Part shown: in pieces, positions 36,601 through 39,975 of the stretch
How the letters are laid out: each line of letters begins with the position of its first letter
How positions within the stretch are numbered: position 1 is the stretch's first letter
Assembly (NCBI GenBank): GCA_032718475.1
Contig: JAUCBJ010000591.1
Coordinates: forward strand, 1 to 39,975
Direction of reading: 5' to 3'
Source of the DNA: Nemertoderma westbladi
Taxonomy: Eukaryota; Animalia; Xenacoelomorpha
DNA length: 39,975 bases
Program-made: the position numbers and the translations under genes
Notes under the pieces: model-generated
Database searches by the model: none
Told to the model about the DNA's origin: nothing
What the model saw: only the letters and a program-made list of their open reading frames with translations

Positions 36601-37049
36601 AATCAATATATATTTAATAGATATTTGTGAGTTTTGTATTACATATTGAACAGTTGTCTAATGGACTAGTGTTTAGTGACTATTTGATAATGTTATTTAT
36701 TATATCTGTATCCTTCTATATTAACCCGAAATAACATTTGCAGAGGGATAGGATCTGTTGCGTTTACATTATCGTCACTATCTTGGTTTGACACAAGGAG
36801 AGATTATATTATAATTAGTAACCTGTACCATCTCATAGATTATCATACTGTACGATTAGTCCATAGGGGTTACGTTTGTAAACTATAATTTTTTTACCAG
36901 CCTGTTCCTTATAGAGATGAAGTTAACGGTAAGTTGGACGGACTTGGCTCACACGAAAATGTAATCCGTCTAACAAAACAAAAAACCTCGAAATGATACA
37001 GCTTTTCTTGTTAACCGGAGTCCAATAACCTTTGTAAATGTCGACTATT

Positions 37050-38585
37050 AAATTCATACGTATTAGATACATTAATTTACCTGGAAAATCATGATAAATC
37101 CGGCATGGTTTTCTTAGCGGAGTTTGAAAAAGCCTACGATTCAGTAGAGTGCCCTTTAATTTTAAAAACTTTAAGTTACTTTGGTTTTTCTGAGAATTTC
37201 GTGTCGTGGGTTCGAGTTTTTTATCAAAATAACTTTACCATTAATATTCAAAATTTATCCTTTTCACCTTTTATCCTGAGCGAGGAATGAGGCAAGGGGA
37301 CCCTTTATGATCTTTTATATTCACTCACTGTAGGGAAATTCTCGCAACTACGGTAAGGAATTCTATTAATATAAAAGGAATTATTAATGGTAATAAAATT
37401 AATGTTATTTCGCAATTCGCAGACGAGACTAACTTCTTTTTCTGGAGGATGATGAACACAGCTTATGGATCTTTGGTAGGATTATTAAATGATTTTTATA
37501 AAATATCGGGACTACAATTAAACAGTACAAAAAGCGAAGTGGCATTTATAGGTAAAAAGAAAAGTCGTAACGAGGTTATAAAAATATTTAAATCCAAGGA
37601 GAAAAGCGATAACATTCCCTTCAAACTACCGGGTATCTGGTTGCCGATCGATGTAGCAGGAGCAGGAGCTTACAAGAGTTAAATTACAATCCGGCGATAG
37701 GAAACATTCGTAAAATATTATCAACTTGGTCAAAAAGCCAATTGACAATATATGGAAAAATAACAGTAAATTAAATATCTGGCACTACGACTAATAACGC
37801 ACATTGCACAATGTATTGCATCACCAAATCAGGAAAATATCGACACAATAAATAAACTATTGGTAGATTTTTTGTGGAACGGAAAAAAACCAAAGATTTC
37901 AACTCCTATTTATGATGAACAAATACGAAAAAGGCGGTTTAAAATTCACCCATGTGGAATGTTTTATGAATGCAGTAAAAATTAAATGGGTAAATACAAT
38001 TATCCGTGATAAATCAAACATTAACACGATATTATTGCATTATTATATTATTTTGTTAAATTTAAAAAAAATGAAATTTTTTGGCATCAGGTATTTGACG
38101 AATGGTGTGGATTACACTTTGTCGAACCAGACTGTTTTATATTGCCAAAAATTCAAATAATTACATCGAAGAATACCAAGAAAGGTTGACTTAATGCGAT
38201 ACGGTATAGCGTCTGATGATAAATGCATGACATGCTCTGTGGTGATGATAATAAGACACTGATTCGCATCTTTTGGCAATGTAGTAAAACACAATGTTTT
38301 TTAAATACACTGCGTACCTTGCGTCAATGGTGGCTCCAAACCACAAAATTAGGCATTTATTTTCTAAAAAGATTTGTGTGCTGGGAATATCAGGGGCAGG
38401 AAATAAACACACGGATTTAGTCTTGCTAATGAGCAAATATCTACTGTAAGCATTACAGCGTATGTTGAGAAATTAAAAAGGCTGTTTCAATTAGAGGAAG
38501 GAATATCACTAAAAAATTACAATTATACAGCCTTTAGGTCAAAATGGGATTCGCTTTATAATTTACTAAAATAATAAAAACAATA
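37050..38585 (+). mobile_element. L1/Tx1-clade LINE ORF2 remnant (RT to C-terminal Cys/His motif), 5'-truncated and decayed
   Basis: EFEKAYDSVE..L..FGF..FVSWV, RGMRQG.P, ISQFADET, FYKISGLQLNSTKS, LTIYGK, FLWNGK, EKGGL..KIKW, C..C...IFWQC, F.SKW. Many frameshifts. Confidence 0.88.
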
Positions 38586-38716
38586 AATTATTCTGTTGCT
38601 ATATTAGGTGAATCATATTTTCTTGTTTCTACAGACAAATAGTCGTTGTTTTTTTCGCGGGTTGTAATTTCCAATTTGGAGCCTACCTTTTTGGAACTTA
38701 AATAACCATATGTAAT

Positions 38717-39331
38717 GTAGGTAAATGTATCATTGATAGAGAATTATTTGTATGTGCTGTAGGTAAATGTATCATTGATAGAGAATTATTTGTATGTGCT
38801 GTAGATAATACATATAGATGTTTATTTGTATGTGCGGTAGATAATACATATAGATGTTTATTTGTATGTGCGGTAGATAATACATATAGATGTTTATTTG
38901 TATGTGCGGTAGATAATACATATAGATGTTTATTTGTATGTGCGGTAGATAATACATATAGATGTTTATTTGTATGTGCGGTAGATAATACATATAGATG
39001 TTTATTTGTATGTGCGGTAGATAATACATATAGATGTTTATTTGTATGTGTTGTAGATAATACATATAGATGTTTATTTGTACGTACGGTAGATAATACA
39101 TATAGATGTTTATTTGTATGTGCGGTAGATAATACATATAGATGTTTATTTGTATGTGCTGTAGATAATACATATAGATGTTTATTTGTATGTGCTGTAG
39201 ATAATACATATAGATGTTTATTTGTATGTGCTGTAGATAATACATATAGATGTTTATTTGTATGTGTTGTAGATAATACATATAGATGTTTATTTGTAAG
39301 TGCGGTAGATAATACATATAGATGTTTATTT
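38717..39331. repeat. 36-bp minisatellite (~15 copies, GTAGATAATACATATAGATGTTTATTTGTATGTGCG) preceded by two related 42-bp units
   Basis: Directly visible; it produces the QINIYMYYLPHI repeat in ORF 38772-39479. Confidence 0.95.
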
Positions 39332-39480
39332 CGTACCCTTTTTCTTGTTGTACTGGCGGATAGGTCGTAAATAATGGTAACTGTGTGGGTTTCAATAAAG
39401 ATAAATGATAACTGTGGTTAATGTATATATATAAATGTATTGTATAAATATACACCATAACCCTTAATACAACAACCATT

Positions 39481-39975
39481 TTTAGGGGGTCGGACCCCCC
39501 CCCCCTAATTTTTTTAAAATTTCAATATAATGCTACAAAATTTGATATGATGATAGATCGACACCTTTTCTTACTGCTGGCCTGGCCGGATTTTTCAATT
39601 TCTCAGTTATTTCCTTACAACAAACCCTTAAAAAATGTCTATTTAGCAATATTAAACCACCTCCGTAGACTTTATTTTAGGTCTTTGAAATGTAATCTAG
39701 ATACCATTAGATTCGTCTGTAGATACCGAATCTGAAAACCGTTTTGAATTTAACCATAAATTGGTAAAGATATTATTAAAATACTAATGTGTAAATTTAG
39801 AGACGTAAATCGCTAATTCTGATGTTTTGTTGTCTTTATTCTAGAATATTAATTATTATTTAGCTGAGCTTTTAAAACTCTCCATCTTGTTTTTTCATTA
39901 CCCATAATTCTTAGTAGTTTGATAATATCTCCGGAAGTTCCTGGTGAAATTTACAACGGGTTTCAGATTCGGAAT
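39481..39975. mobile_element. Probable DNA transposon end running off the window
   Basis: TTAGGGGGTCGGACCCCCCCCCCTAA hairpin, similar in style to the G/C-tract termini of other TIR elements here. Confidence 0.35.

Noticed and set aside
38772-39479. 235-aa ORF with QINIYMYYLPHI repeats
   Set aside because: Artefact of the 36-bp repeat with no domain content.

Overview
AT-rich animal (probably marine invertebrate) genomic DNA with no prokaryotic features. The window lies inside one large minus-strand gene. I reconstructed eight exons by hand (29716->9230, ~600 codons, all GT-AG and phase-compatible); several are missing from the ORF track. They encode an extracellular mosaic protein: TSP1-TSP1-SRCR-TSP1-Ig-EGF-EGF-resistin/PCSK9-C-terminal-like modules. 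Both ends of the gene were not found. The introns hold decayed mobile elements (Gypsy and Harbinger fragments, an internally deleted Academ, a piggyBac-type element, RTE and L1/Tx1 LINEs, a BEL/Pao element, SINEs, several MITEs) and five large minisatellites. Most striking: two minisatellites (49 bp x 73 and 37 bp x ~35) are tandem copies of an exon's 3' end plus its 5' splice site. Two introns therefore open with dozens of intact donor sites, and using any downstream copy would give a stop or frameshift. All family assignments are from motif recall, not database searches.
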